A DNA stretch of 64,000 nt from the NCBI GenBank assembly GCA_019058445.1, contig JAHPZA010000006.1, forward strand, positions 928,001 to 992,000, written 5' to 3'. Positions 38,834 through 49,821 of the stretch are shown piece by piece (within the stretch, counting starts at the first letter, position 1; the number at the start of each line of letters is the position of its first letter). The translations under genes and the position numbers were made by a program. The stretch comes from Promethearchaeota archaeon (GTDB lineage: Archaea; Asgardarchaeota; Lokiarchaeia; Sigyniarchaeales; SOKP01). Under the pieces are notes generated by a model. The model saw nothing but the letters and a program-made list of their open reading frames with translations. It was not told the origin of the DNA and made no database searches.

Positions 38834-40363
38834 TTATGCTCGAGCCTGTCTTCTAGGAGTACGATCTTGAAGTTTTATAAGTTCATGAAGTAATTTACTT
38901 ATTAATTTATTTTTCAATTCCCTTGAATTTTTATCGTCCCATAAATTATGTTGTTCCTGTGGATCGTTCTTTAAATTGTATAAATCTCCTGCATCTTCCC
39001 GGATATTATAAACAGTAATTCTATAGTCTCCAGTTATCATGGTACGGACTTTCATTGAAGGTAGATTTAATGAATCTTTAGCATCTTCAAAATCTTGATC
39101 CTCTTCAATAATACAATGATCTCTTACTTGTACTGAAGGATCTCTTAAAATAGGGGATAAATCATATCCTTGCATAACAGGTGGATAATCTTTAGCTTTA
39201 ATATTTAATAATTTCAGAATTGTTGAGGGAATATCAATTGAACTGGCAAGAGAATTAGTTATCGTGCCAGGCTTAGTTAAACTGGGTACTTTCCATATAA
39301 ATGGCACTTTTAAAACCCCCTGGAAATGAGCCAGAGCTTTGAGAATAATTCCATGATCGGCCATAAAGTCGCCATGATCGCTTGTGAAAATTATCATTGT
39401 GTTATTCCCCAATCCAAAAGAATTTAATGCGGCTAATATTTGGCCTACACCATGGTCAATCATGGAAATTGTTCCGTATGTATATGCTATAAATTTTCTT
39501 GCTTCTTCTTCAGTTGTTTCCCGCATCGTTGTTCTTCTATACACATTTACATACTTTCCTAAAGCTTTATGGTTATAAAGAGGTTTTATGTCATTAAATG
39601 TTAATGGTAATTTGATTTTTTCAGGATTATACATAGTTTTATATTTTCCAGGTGGACAAACCGGATGATGGGGATCTGGAAATGAACAGTGCAAGAAAAA
39701 GGGTTTTTTTCCATAATAACCCTCTGAAAATCTTTTTAGAAATAAAATTATTTCCTCTGTTATATAATTTGTATGATATATTTCTTCTGGTATTGGTGAC
39801 TCATCAAGCACTTCATGGAAAAGTCTAGGTGCTCTATGCTTAATTAATTCAAAATATTCAGGTGCTCTTTCCTCAACCCAATCCAGATAATGACCTGAAA
39901 CCGCATCTCCATGGCCAATGGTTAGCATAACTTCATCTAATCCATGATAGGGGTGAGGGATGGGCTTTCTTTTATCTTTAGGTTTGTATAAAAATGGGAT
40001 CATTTGTTCCGCTGAATTAAATTTTCTGCTAAAAGGAGTTCCATAAAAATTCAAATGAATTTTTCCAATAGAACAGGTATGATACCCATTATCGAGCAAA
40101 GTTTTTGTAAATGTAGGGATATCAGAATCTAAATTTATTCCATTACATCTAACCCCATGAATGCTTGGATATTTTCCTGTAAATATAGTGGATCTATTCG
40201 GCATGCAGATTGGGTTTGCGACATAAGCATTTGTAAATCTAACTCCCTCAGCAGCAAGGCGATCCAAATTTGGAGTTTTCAGATCAGGATTTCCAGCACA
40301 ACCAAGATGATCAGCACGTTGCTGATCTGTAATTATGAACAAAACATTCATTTTTTCACTCAT
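38834..40363 (-). CDS. sulfatase superfamily hydrolase (Cys-type, CMPNR)
   Basis: TDQQR, TPNLD.LA, CMPNRSTIFTG, GKIH, DPHHP, TSDHG. Start is ATG 40363 or GTG 40375. Confidence 0.9.
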   Translation of the reverse strand: MSEKMNVLFIITDQQRADHLGCAGNPDLKTPNLDRLAAEGVRFTNAYVANPICMPNRSTIFTGKYPSIHGVRCNGINLDSDIPTFTKTLLDNGYHTCSIGKIHLNFYGTPFSRKFNSAEQMIPFLYKPKDKRKPIPHPYHGLDEVMLTIGHGDAVSGHYLDWVEERAPEYFELIKHRAPRLFHEVLDESPIPEEIYHTNYITEEIILFLKRFSEGYYGKKPFFLHCSFPDPHHPVCPPGKYKTMYNPEKIKLPLTFNDIKPLYNHKALGKYVNVYRRTTMRETTEEEARKFIAYTYGTISMIDHGVGQILAALNSFGLGNNTMIIFTSDHGDFMADHGIILKALAHFQGVLKVPFIWKVPSLTKPGTITNSLASSIDIPSTILKLLNIKAKDYPPVMQGYDLSPILRDPSVQVRDHCIIEEDQDFEDAKDSLNLPSMKVRTMITGDYRITVYNIREDAGDLYNLKNDPQEQHNLWDDKNSRELKNKLISKLLHELIKLQDRTPRRQARA

Positions 40364-40487
40364 AACTTCTATCACATAATAATTAATCTATAATAAAAAC
40401 TACCAAATATGTCAGAAGTGATTAATAGTTCTTACTAGATAGTTTTATATATAATGTTAACCCAAATGTAAAAAAGTAATTAAACAA

Positions 40488-41903
40488 TTGCATTTAAAGA
40501 TATTTAATATGGTAAATTCAGAAAAAGAAATTACACACTCGAAGGCTGTTATGGCTTCGTATGGTATGGGAGCAGCAATAAATCAATTCTTTAGAATGGC
40601 ATTTGTCGCGTTCGGTTTCTATTTTTATGAAGGGGAAATAGGCTTAGACGTTTGGATAACCGCACTAGGATACATTTTATTTGCGATATGGAATGCAGTT
40701 AACGACCCTCTAGTAGGCTATTTAACTAATCGACCTTTTAAATTCACTAAAAAATGGGGTAGAAGGTTTCCTTGGACCATGATCGGAGGAATTCCTTGGG
40801 TTCTTACATATATTCTTGTTTTTACTCCACCTGCTGTTGATCCGGTAGCAGGGGCATGGATTCTTTTTGGATGGCTTGTGTTTTCCACATGTTTGTTTGA
40901 CACATTTAATTCTATTTGGTGGGTAAATTATTATTCTCTTTTTCCTGATAAATTTCGTTCACTAAAGGAGCGTAGGACTGCTACCGGAATCGTGACTCCC
41001 ATAGGAATTGTCGGAATAACCCTTGGAGGGATAGTACCACCTCTACTTATTACTTATGGTGTTCCCACTACTTTTATTATTCAAGCTGGAGTTGTTTCTA
41101 TAATCGCATTTATTATGCTGATGCTTGGGATCCCCGGTTGGCGCGATGATCCCGATTCTGTTGAGAAATATCTCGAAAAATATGAAAAGGAGAAAGAAGA
41201 AGAATCCTTCTTTAAATCTATGATATCTACATTCCACCAAAGATCATGGGTTCTTTTGTTGATTATATATTTAACGTGGCAAGTATTAACGTTTTGCGTT
41301 CAAGCTTCGATTCCCTATCTTATGCGATTTGTTCTAAAAATGCAAGCTAGTGCCCAATTATTCTTACAAGTTGGATTTCTCATAGGTGCCATCATTTCAA
41401 TCCCCCTTTGGGTTAAATTAGCAAACAAACTAAATGATAATAAAAAAGTTTATGTAATTGCGGGTTTAATATTAGTTGTTTTCTCGATTCCGCTCTCATT
41501 ATTTGCTAATTATAACATCCTTATTCTATTATTTATTTTATGGGGTGTAGGACTTGGGGGATTTTGGGCATTAAATCGAATAATTTTAAGTGATGTGGTG
41601 GATGAAGCAGTGGTGAATACTGGGAAACGGGAAGAGGGAATATACAGTGGGATATTCATGTTTTTTAATCGTGTGGCTATAATTATTCAAGTAGTTATAT
41701 TTGCTACTGTACATACCATGACAGGATTCGTAGAAGGTGCAGATAGTCAATCAACTCAAGCTCAATGGGGTATCCAATTACACCTTGGAATTATTCCAGC
41801 AATAGTACTTCTCTTTGGTACATTACTTTTCTGGAAATTTTATGATTTAACACCTAGTAGGATAGAAGACGTACAAAGTAAATTAAAACAAATGGGCCTC
41901 TAA
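40488..41903 (+). CDS. GPH (glycoside-pentoside-hexuronide) family MFS transporter
   Basis: WNAVNDPL.G, WGRRFPW, DVVDE..TGKREEG.Y. Confidence 0.85.
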   Translation: MHLKIFNMVNSEKEITHSKAVMASYGMGAAINQFFRMAFVAFGFYFYEGEIGLDVWITALGYILFAIWNAVNDPLVGYLTNRPFKFTKKWGRRFPWTMIGGIPWVLTYILVFTPPAVDPVAGAWILFGWLVFSTCLFDTFNSIWWVNYYSLFPDKFRSLKERRTATGIVTPIGIVGITLGGIVPPLLITYGVPTTFIIQAGVVSIIAFIMLMLGIPGWRDDPDSVEKYLEKYEKEKEEESFFKSMISTFHQRSWVLLLIIYLTWQVLTFCVQASIPYLMRFVLKMQASAQLFLQVGFLIGAIISIPLWVKLANKLNDNKKVYVIAGLILVVFSIPLSLFANYNILILLFILWGVGLGGFWALNRIILSDVVDEAVVNTGKREEGIYSGIFMFFNRVAIIIQVVIFATVHTMTGFVEGADSQSTQAQWGIQLHLGIIPAIVLLFGTLLFWKFYDLTPSRIEDVQSKLKQMGL

Positions 41904-41945
41904 ATTAATTTAACAAAATTTAAAAAAAATTCCTTTTTTTTTAGT

Positions 41946-42130
41946 AGAGTAGAAAAGATCTACTCTTAAAAAGATCAAATGCTAATAATAGCCAAGAAAA
42001 GAGAGTCTGAAAGCGTAAAGCTTTACAACCAAAGGCAAAAATGCATAATTAGGGATTAAATGCGATTTATCATAAAAATAAGAAAAAATAAAAAAAAGAT
42101 GTTAATAACTCTTTATTTATTTAAAGAGTT
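41946..42130. terminator. two short hairpins between convergent GPH transporter and MCP genes
   Basis: AGAGTAGA-aaaga-TCTACTCT (41946-41966) and AACTCTTTA-tttatt-TAAAGAGTT (42107-42130), near T/A tracts. Confidence 0.35.
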
Positions 42131-42160
42131 GCAAATCATAAGTCAATATATTTAAGAGAA

Positions 42161-43291
42161 TTATGTAAGTTTTTCTTCGATTAATGATTCCTTTAATTCT
42201 TCAGCCAAAGTACCTAATCTATTTGCAGTAGCAGTAATTTCTTCCATCGAGGCAGTTTGTTCTTCTGTTGAAGCACTTATACCTTCCATTGAAGAAGTAG
42301 TTGATTGAATTTTATTGAGTATCACATCGATTTTTGAACCAGTATCTATTACTGCTCTCTTCGATTCTTCTGCAAGTTTTCGAACCTCGTCGGCAACAAC
42401 CGCAAATCCCCTGCCATATTCTCCTGCCCTTCCAGCTTCTATACTAGCATTCAAAGCTAACAAATTAGTTTGCTCAGAAATATTTGTAATTAATTTCATG
42501 ACATTACGTAAGTCATCAGAATAATTTGTTATAATACCTGTTTCTTGATTGACGTTTTGGACTGTTGAAGATATTTCTTCAGCAGATGCATTCACTTCAC
42601 TGGCACTTGCTGCTAATTCAGTAGCCATATTTGAAACATTTACGCTAGCATCCGAGGCAGCATCAATAACTTTTCTCAATGATGTCGCTGAATTCGTAAT
42701 CTCTTGTTCTATAAGTGCTACAAACGCAGTTACTAACATAATCGTAGAAAAAAATATTCTTACTCCTTGAGCATATAATCTTATCCCATCTACATCTCCT
42801 ACTGTGTTTATTATAACAATTATCAGATTTAGGAAAGCTGAAAGTAAAATCAAGCAGAGGAATGCATGAATTGGTGTTCTTTTATGCCAGTAAATTCGAA
42901 AGATTAAGATGCTACCTATTACACAAAAAATAAGTATAAAGATTTCTAAACCAAGTATGATTGGATTAACGACAAAAGCTGCTGGTATAATACGCTTAAT
43001 CTTAGTATTATCTGGTTTATTCTTAATAAAAGTTTCATTATATTCCTTGAAAATTGCTATAAATATTATGATAATAGCAAGAGCATACAAAGTGTAGCTA
43101 ATCATATTCTGACTTGTTGGATTAATAAAGGTGTTGATAGCGCCAATTAAATAAGCAATAGCCATAACATAATAGGCTGGAACCCAAAGTAATAAATCTC
43201 GCCTCTTTCTAACAACATACGTTATTAATATTGACGCAACAATACCTATAATCAAACATATAAAGCTTAACTCAAAAGACATTGCTTCCAT
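42161..43291 (-). CDS. methyl-accepting chemotaxis protein with polytopic N-terminal sensor (paralog of 8015)
   Basis: [40 protein letters not shown]; 6-7 TM N-terminus. Confidence 0.9.
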   Translation of the reverse strand: MEAMSFELSFICLIIGIVASILITYVVRKRRDLLLWVPAYYVMAIAYLIGAINTFINPTSQNMISYTLYALAIIIIFIAIFKEYNETFIKNKPDNTKIKRIIPAAFVVNPIILGLEIFILIFCVIGSILIFRIYWHKRTPIHAFLCLILLSAFLNLIIVIINTVGDVDGIRLYAQGVRIFFSTIMLVTAFVALIEQEITNSATSLRKVIDAASDASVNVSNMATELAASASEVNASAEEISSTVQNVNQETGIITNYSDDLRNVMKLITNISEQTNLLALNASIEAGRAGEYGRGFAVVADEVRKLAEESKRAVIDTGSKIDVILNKIQSTTSSMEGISASTEEQTASMEEITATANRLGTLAEELKESLIEEKLT

Positions 43292-43503
43292 AATTATCCT
43301 ATTTTCTCCTGATATAGTGTTTTTATCTTAAACATTTGAAATTTAAGTCTATTCATATAGAATATCCTTGTTTTTCGTCTATATATTTAAAATAATTAGA
43401 ATTTATAACTAAATCTGTAATAAAAATTGTGAGATTTAAACCATCCTTTATTTTTTTAATGTTCGTACTATTGTATATTAAAAAAATAAATTATATTTGA
43501 TAA

Positions 43504-44940
43504 CTAGCTTATTAAAAGTACATATTCTTCTGGGATCTCTATGCAGTTTGAAATATGATCATCAAGCATTGTAGATAGTTTTTCTAAAATATCATTCCAA
43601 TTTGTATCTTTCGCTAAATTATAAATCTCTTTCGGATCATCTTTCCAATTGACAAGAAAAATATCTTCCTTTTCTTTCTTTACCGGTTTTCCGTTCAACC
43701 GAACTGTCTTATCCAATCTATATTTATCGGTGCGTATACAAGCCCGTCTAGGCCATCCATTTCTATTCAAGTAATTTCCATGTAACCTCATCGGAAAAGT
43801 AAAACTTGAAGAAAACCCAAAACCGATTGATGAATACACAGCTACTGGAGGTTTAGAAGAGAAAAGATCTCGACCCTTAAACTGTTTTGGAGTCTCAATC
43901 CCCGCGAGATTGAAAAGTGTTTTTGGCACGTCCAAACTTTCGCAGATCTCATCCCTAATTTTTCCTTTAGATTTAATGTTTGGACCAGCGATTAATAATG
44001 GAACCCTATGAACTTGAGGTGCATATATTTGTTTAGCATAGCACCCATTTTCTCCTAGCGAAACTCCGTGATCTGCACTAAAAACGATAATTGTGTTTTC
44101 AAGCTGACCCAAGGATTCTAAATACTCAAAAATTTTACCTATTTGGGCATCTATCCATGCAACCAGGCCATAATAATATACTTGCGCAAGATATATCTCT
44201 TCTTTAGTCATCTTGGCAGCATCTACAACTTGGGCAAATCTTTGTTCAAATTCACTCAACTTTTCCTTATATTCAATTGTGTTAGGAAAATTTTCCTCCA
44301 TATAAATACTATTATATGGAGGAGGAGTTAAAACAGGAGTATGAGGTTGAAGAAAAGATATTCTTAAAAAATAAGGGGCATTCTCTTTTTTTAGCCATTC
44401 AAGTGCGTTATTTGTTACCTTTTCAGGTGGATAGGGTTTATCTTTTGGAAATCTTCCCCCAATTATAGACATTCTCCGTCCTGTCTTAAAACCTTGAGGG
44501 GCAATCATGTTTTTTAGCTCGCTTCTCTTAACATGCATCATTTGGGATCCTTCTACATTAGAATGTCGAAAAATTGTATTTCCCTTCACATTTCTATAAA
44601 GGTCTTGAGGAAGGTGTACTTTACCAAAATTTGCTGTTTTATATCCATTTCGAGCGAAAACCTCTGGTATTGTATCATATTTCAAATCCAAATGAAAACT
44701 ACTGAGAGCTGCCTCATTGTGATATACTCCTATGTCTTCGGGATATAATCCCGTTAAATTACTCACACGAGATGGTACACAGACCGGAGAATTACAAAAA
44801 CAGTTTTCAAATTTAACTCCCATTTCAGCTATTCGATCGATATTAGGAGTTTTCATTTCTGCATATTTATTTCCATAACATCCAAGAGCGTCTGTTCTTA
44901 ATTCATCACAGTAAATATAAATAATATTTGGGGCATTCAT
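43504..44940 (-). CDS. sulfatase superfamily hydrolase (Cys-type, CVPSR)
   Basis: CDELR, CVPSRVSNLTG, GKVH, PHTP, ADHG. ATG 44940 (MNAPNII) avoids overlap with the upstream gene; the track start is 45030. Confidence 0.88.
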   Translation of the reverse strand: MNAPNIIYIYCDELRTDALGCYGNKYAEMKTPNIDRIAEMGVKFENCFCNSPVCVPSRVSNLTGLYPEDIGVYHNEAALSSFHLDLKYDTIPEVFARNGYKTANFGKVHLPQDLYRNVKGNTIFRHSNVEGSQMMHVKRSELKNMIAPQGFKTGRRMSIIGGRFPKDKPYPPEKVTNNALEWLKKENAPYFLRISFLQPHTPVLTPPPYNSIYMEENFPNTIEYKEKLSEFEQRFAQVVDAAKMTKEEIYLAQVYYYGLVAWIDAQIGKIFEYLESLGQLENTIIVFSADHGVSLGENGCYAKQIYAPQVHRVPLLIAGPNIKSKGKIRDEICESLDVPKTLFNLAGIETPKQFKGRDLFSSKPPVAVYSSIGFGFSSSFTFPMRLHGNYLNRNGWPRRACIRTDKYRLDKTVRLNGKPVKKEKEDIFLVNWKDDPKEIYNLAKDTNWNDILEKLSTMLDDHISNCIEIPEEYVLLIS

Positions 44941-44977
44941 TTGGTTAAGCCAATAATTGTTCTCTAAAATAATATTT

Positions 44978-46504
44978 TTAAGATCCAGCAACCCTTTTGG
45001 GATAGGGAGTCTGTGCCTTAAGATTTTCATGTAAAAGCTTATCTACGAGGTTAAATCTCTTTTCTTTGAATTCTTTATCATACCAAAGATTTTTCAATTC
45101 ATCAAGATCATTTTTTCTATCGTAAATATCTCCATAACCAGGCATACTTTCATACACAGTCAACTTATAATCCTCAGTGATTAAATGTCGTAAACGTGAT
45201 TTAAGTGGTCCTATTTCCTCATCATTTTCAATGAAACAACAATCCCTTATTTTTGTATTTAAATTTGTTAAAATAGGAGTGAGATCAAAGCCCTGCATGT
45301 CGGGAGGATGGTGCCGTTCTTTTATTCCTAATAAATTTAGGATTGTTTTAGGATAATCGACTGTACTTGCTAAAGAGTTTGTAGTTACACCTGGTTTTGT
45401 CAAGCCAGGAACTTTCCATATAAGAGGAAGCTGCAGCACCCCATTATAAGGACAGGGACCTTTAAATAAAAGCCCGTGGTCGCCCATTAAATCTCCATGA
45501 TCACTTGTGTAAATTACGATAGTATTGTCAGCAAGTCCTAACTTTTCTAAAGATGCCAGAATTTGTCCCACACTATAATCTACATAAGCAACAGAAGCAT
45601 ATGTTAAAGCGGTTATTTTTCGAACCTCTTCCTCAGTCGATTCTCTTAAAAACGCTTTCTTGAATGGTGGGTTTTTCATATGCTGTCCTAGAAATTCATG
45701 ATTGTATAGATTCTTTGCATCATGGAAACTCGCTGGAAGTTCTATATCTTCGGGGTTATACATATCCCGAAATCTTTTGGGAGGTATTATCGGGTAATGA
45801 GGGTCGGGAAATGAACAATGTAGATAAAACGGTTTGGTTCCGTAATCTCCTTTCGCAAATCGCTCTAGAAAAGCGATTGTACGTTCTTGAACGTAGGTTG
45901 TATTATAAAATTCCTCTGGGATATCATCACAATAAAGGCTAAATAGTATATCATAGTTTAAACATCTTTTTTTAACTTCCTCAGCGACAGATGGAGTTTT
46001 CTCTTCTAACCATTCAATATAATGTCCTGAGCAGATACTTCCATTTCCCACAACTACTTCTACTTCATCATACCCATAATAGGGCATTGGAAAGTTTTCT
46101 CTTACAGGATCCTTTCTACCTTTAGGATCTACCCAACTGGCTATGTTTTCTGCTGATATTGTCTTACGTTTGAAGGGAGCCATCCAAAATTGATGATGAA
46201 TTTTTCCAATTGCGGCAGTATGCCATCCTCTATTATGAAGAGTATGTGTAATAGTCGGAATATCTTCTCGCAAATTAATTCCATTACTCCTTATGCCATG
46301 TACATTCGGATAAAGCCCTGTTATCATAGTTGCACGGTTAGGCATACATATTGGATTAGTACAGAAGTAGTTTGTAAACCTTACGCTCTCACTCGCGAGT
46401 CTATCTATATTTGGAGTTTTTAATGTTTTATTTCCATAACAACTCAAATGATCCACTCTTTGAGCGTCGGTAATTATAAATAGCACATTCATTTTTTCAC
46501 TCAT
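44978..46504 (-). CDS. sulfatase superfamily hydrolase (Cys-type, CMPNR)
   Basis: TDAQR, CMPNRATMITG, GKIH, DPHYP, TSDHG. Confidence 0.9.
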   Translation of the reverse strand: MSEKMNVLFIITDAQRVDHLSCYGNKTLKTPNIDRLASESVRFTNYFCTNPICMPNRATMITGLYPNVHGIRSNGINLREDIPTITHTLHNRGWHTAAIGKIHHQFWMAPFKRKTISAENIASWVDPKGRKDPVRENFPMPYYGYDEVEVVVGNGSICSGHYIEWLEEKTPSVAEEVKKRCLNYDILFSLYCDDIPEEFYNTTYVQERTIAFLERFAKGDYGTKPFYLHCSFPDPHYPIIPPKRFRDMYNPEDIELPASFHDAKNLYNHEFLGQHMKNPPFKKAFLRESTEEEVRKITALTYASVAYVDYSVGQILASLEKLGLADNTIVIYTSDHGDLMGDHGLLFKGPCPYNGVLQLPLIWKVPGLTKPGVTTNSLASTVDYPKTILNLLGIKERHHPPDMQGFDLTPILTNLNTKIRDCCFIENDEEIGPLKSRLRHLITEDYKLTVYESMPGYGDIYDRKNDLDELKNLWYDKEFKEKRFNLVDKLLHENLKAQTPYPKRVAGS

Positions 46505-46556
46505 AATAATCCGTTTTTCCCGTTTAATTTGAGTAAAACTTTTAAAAGTTCAAAAT

Positions 46557-47966
46557 CTAGCTGTTTGAGTATATTAAATTTAATTCCTTTAACAATTTAT
46601 TTAAAATGAGGGGATTTTCTTTAGAAATGTCATTATTCTCCCAAGGATCATCTTTCAGGTTATATAACCTGTAGGCATTTCCATATTCAACTACGAGTTT
46701 AAATTCTCCATCAGTTATCATTTTCCATTCCTTTACCCCCACTTTCGATAAATCGAGTGCAGAAATCTGATATTTCCTATGCACATTATCATTACCCTCA
46801 AGAATATGTCTTAATGATAATGAATCTTTTGCTTCTGGCATTTTTGCTCCTACATAATCTATTATTGTTGACGTTAAATCCTGAAGCTCGACAAGTGCAT
46901 CACTATATATTCCCTTCTTTACATTTGGTCCCGCAATAACAAGTGGTATTTTAACTGAACCTCTATACGGTCTAGTTTTTCCATAATTTTCAAAATCACC
47001 AAGCATTTCACCATGGTCGCTAGAATATACTATAATCGTATTATCTAATTCTCCTCTTCTTTCAACCTCTTCAAGGATAAGACCGATATTGCGATCAATG
47101 TTTTCAATCATGGCTGCATAATTTTGTCTTACTTTTATTTCTTCCTCTATCTTATTCTCATTTCCTTTATTAGGGCTTGAAAATGAAACATCCTCCCAAG
47201 CTTTTTTCATTCTTTTGGTAACATCCCAAGGGTCGTGTGGACCTGTAAAATTTACCACTAAATGCCAAGGTTTATCGTAGGGAAATTCCCTTAGCATGTT
47301 AATAGCATTATTTGTTAGCCAATTATCACAATAGGCATGCTCTGGTAAGGGGGTTGGATCTGAATTTAAGTTTTTTTTCCCAAATCTCTTCATGAAATCA
47401 TTCACATGCTTTATTAGCAAATCATTGTCTGCTAAATATTTGAGGTATGGCCCCTTTGGTTTAAAATTAGTTGGTTTAACTCTTTTTTTTCGTCCATGAT
47501 CATCCCTCTCCATAATAACTGACTGTATAGCATCCCACTTTCCTTCATTATCAATTACATGGGTAAATCCCATTTTTTCTAAATCTGGAATCCACCCATT
47601 TAAACCCCAATAAAAAGTGGGTTTATGAAGATCTAATTTTCCAACAGATCCTACGGAGTATCCATATTCTTTTAACACCGAATAATATGTTTTTTGATCA
47701 ATAGGATAATTTTCATAATTTCCCGCAACTCTACAATCTTTGTAACGTAATCCCGAGGCAAGACAGGCTCTGGCGGGAGCACATAAAGGTGATGAAGATA
47801 TGGTATTTGTAAATGTAACCCCTTTCTCCATCAATTTTTTAAGATTAGGCATTTTTAAGGGAAGCTTGTCCATTCCAAAGGTTTTAAAAACCTCCTCGTT
47901 ATAGGGCATCCAATCTCCCCTATGTTGATCTGGAAAGAAAAATATAAAATTTGGCTTTTCTGACAT
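46557..47966 (-). CDS. sulfatase superfamily hydrolase (Cys-type, CAPAR; choline-sulfatase/PMH-like)
   Basis: PDQHR, CAPARACLASG, GPHDP, SSDHGEMLGD. Confidence 0.88.
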   Translation of the reverse strand: MSEKPNFIFFFPDQHRGDWMPYNEEVFKTFGMDKLPLKMPNLKKLMEKGVTFTNTISSSPLCAPARACLASGLRYKDCRVAGNYENYPIDQKTYYSVLKEYGYSVGSVGKLDLHKPTFYWGLNGWIPDLEKMGFTHVIDNEGKWDAIQSVIMERDDHGRKKRVKPTNFKPKGPYLKYLADNDLLIKHVNDFMKRFGKKNLNSDPTPLPEHAYCDNWLTNNAINMLREFPYDKPWHLVVNFTGPHDPWDVTKRMKKAWEDVSFSSPNKGNENKIEEEIKVRQNYAAMIENIDRNIGLILEEVERRGELDNTIIVYSSDHGEMLGDFENYGKTRPYRGSVKIPLVIAGPNVKKGIYSDALVELQDLTSTIIDYVGAKMPEAKDSLSLRHILEGNDNVHRKYQISALDLSKVGVKEWKMITDGEFKLVVEYGNAYRLYNLKDDPWENNDISKENPLILNKLLKELNLIYSNS

Positions 47967-48012
47967 TAAATCAAATCACATTTTATTTTTTAATATTAAG
48001 ATTTCGAAATTT

Positions 48013-49482
48013 TTAAAGTCCAAGACCTTCTTTAATCTTGACTTTAGGAATTAGCTTTTCAAGATATTTCTGATATAATTCATTGCCTATTTTTTTTCCT
48101 TCAGGAGTATTTCTTAGATTGTTGTTTTCATAGAAATCATTCTTTCTATCATAAAGTTCAAGTAATTTTCCCGTAGAGGAATCAACTACAAATTTCCACT
48201 CGTTTGTAACTCCCATTGTATAATTACTCACTTGGCTAATAATCAAATCTTTATGCTCATAATCTTGATCTGAATGGTCATTTATTATAAAGGGCATTAA
48301 GGATTTACCACGATTTTCTGAGGGTAGATTAATTTCAAGAACATCTAGTAATGTAGCGGGTATATCAATTAATTCGACATCATTTTCAATAATTTTTCCT
48401 TTCATGCCATTAGGTGGACGGATTATTAAAGGAACTTCAACAGAAGAACGATAAAAGACAAATTTCATGAATAATTTATGATCCCCGAGTTGTTCTCCAT
48501 GATCGCTTGTATAAATTATCCATGTGTTGTCTAATAACCCATTTCTTTCAAGTGCTTTTCTAATTTCTCCTACTTTTTCATCTATTAACGTGACATTTGC
48601 ATAATAAGCTGCTTTAGATTTCTTTATATAATCATTTGTAAGAAATTTACTACGACTAATTGTCCTTGAATTGGAGACATAACGTGGAAAAGGCCTTTTT
48701 GGGTCCTTCAAAGCTTCTTCGTCTAATTTAATATCTTCAGGATTATAGAGGGTACTATACTCTTTAATACAGTCGAATGGATCATGTGGACCAGGAATCC
48801 CAACAAAAAGGCAAAAGGGATTTTCAGATTCAGGGCTATTAACATAATTATCTATCCATTTTACTGCTAAATCCCCGACAAACGAATCAATAAAGAATTC
48901 TTTTGGTAAAGGAATTGGTTCTGCTAAAATAATAGGATATTTCATTGCCCACTCATGATATATATCTAGAAGATTATGCTTTTCCAAAGCTTCGGTGTAA
49001 CTCGATCCAACGTAAGTACCTTCCATTTTTCCGCATACTTCTTGACACTCCGAAAAACCTAGTTCATACATTTTAGGATAATGATTCTTGACGTGATCTA
49101 TAATTTTTAACTCCTTATCTCCCGCTTTTGTAAGAGCATCATAGCCATAATGACGCACTAAATGCATTTTTCCAATATCAATATTAATATATCCGTGTTC
49201 TTTAAGGATATTTAAAAACGAGTTCTTAATCAGCTCGGGATTTGATTCATGGATGAAATGTTTATTTGTATAGGTTCTTGTTTCATGAACATATCTTCCA
49301 ACTAAAAATGCTGCTCTTGCTGGAACGCATAAGGGAGCTTGGGTAAAAGCTTTCGTAAATCTAACACCTTCTGAGGCAAGTCGATCGATATTTGGTGTCT
49401 TAACGGGAGTCCCTGCGCAACCTAAAACATCAGCTCTGTGCTGATCAGGCATAATGATAACAAAATTCGGTTTACTATTCAT
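48013..49482 (-). CDS. sulfatase superfamily hydrolase (Cys-type, CVPAR)
   Basis: PDQHR, CVPARAAFLVG, GKMH, GPHDP, TSDHGEQLGD. Confidence 0.9.
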   Translation of the reverse strand: MNSKPNFVIIMPDQHRADVLGCAGTPVKTPNIDRLASEGVRFTKAFTQAPLCVPARAAFLVGRYVHETRTYTNKHFIHESNPELIKNSFLNILKEHGYINIDIGKMHLVRHYGYDALTKAGDKELKIIDHVKNHYPKMYELGFSECQEVCGKMEGTYVGSSYTEALEKHNLLDIYHEWAMKYPIILAEPIPLPKEFFIDSFVGDLAVKWIDNYVNSPESENPFCLFVGIPGPHDPFDCIKEYSTLYNPEDIKLDEEALKDPKRPFPRYVSNSRTISRSKFLTNDYIKKSKAAYYANVTLIDEKVGEIRKALERNGLLDNTWIIYTSDHGEQLGDHKLFMKFVFYRSSVEVPLIIRPPNGMKGKIIENDVELIDIPATLLDVLEINLPSENRGKSLMPFIINDHSDQDYEHKDLIISQVSNYTMGVTNEWKFVVDSSTGKLLELYDRKNDFYENNNLRNTPEGKKIGNELYQKYLEKLIPKVKIKEGLGL

Positions 49483-49581
49483 AATATCACAATTGAGATT
49501 TAAGATTTAAAATTGAATAATCTTGAAAGAATTTAATTTGTTTTTTAATAAAAATCTGACAAAATCATGATTATGTTTACT

Positions 49582-49602
49582 TTGTAATATAATGTATCAC
49601 AA
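49582..49602. promoter_or_regulatory. candidate operator TTGTAATA-N5-TATCACAA adjacent to TATA-like TTTATAAA (49603-49610)
   Basis: Imperfect inverted repeat; a second copy lies at 49786-49804. Confidence 0.5.
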
Positions 49603-49785
49603 TTTATAAAGAATCTTTTATTTATAAAATTAACTGTCTTTAATGATAAAATTAATTGTAGGGTTATTGAATTCTTGAGAAATTAATCTCTAAAGTTAAA
49701 GTTCAATGAAGCATTGCAGTGTAAAAATAAGGTTTAATTCATATCTAAAAAATATTGTTAAAATTTAATAATAAAAATAAAATAT

Positions 49786-49804
49786 TTGTAATACAATCTA
49801 TTAC
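49786..49804. promoter_or_regulatory. candidate operator TTGTAATA-N5-TATTAC upstream of RHH regulator
   Basis: Same palindrome and spacing as 49582-49602. Confidence 0.5.
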
Positions 49805-49821
49805 TTAGTATCATAAAATAA

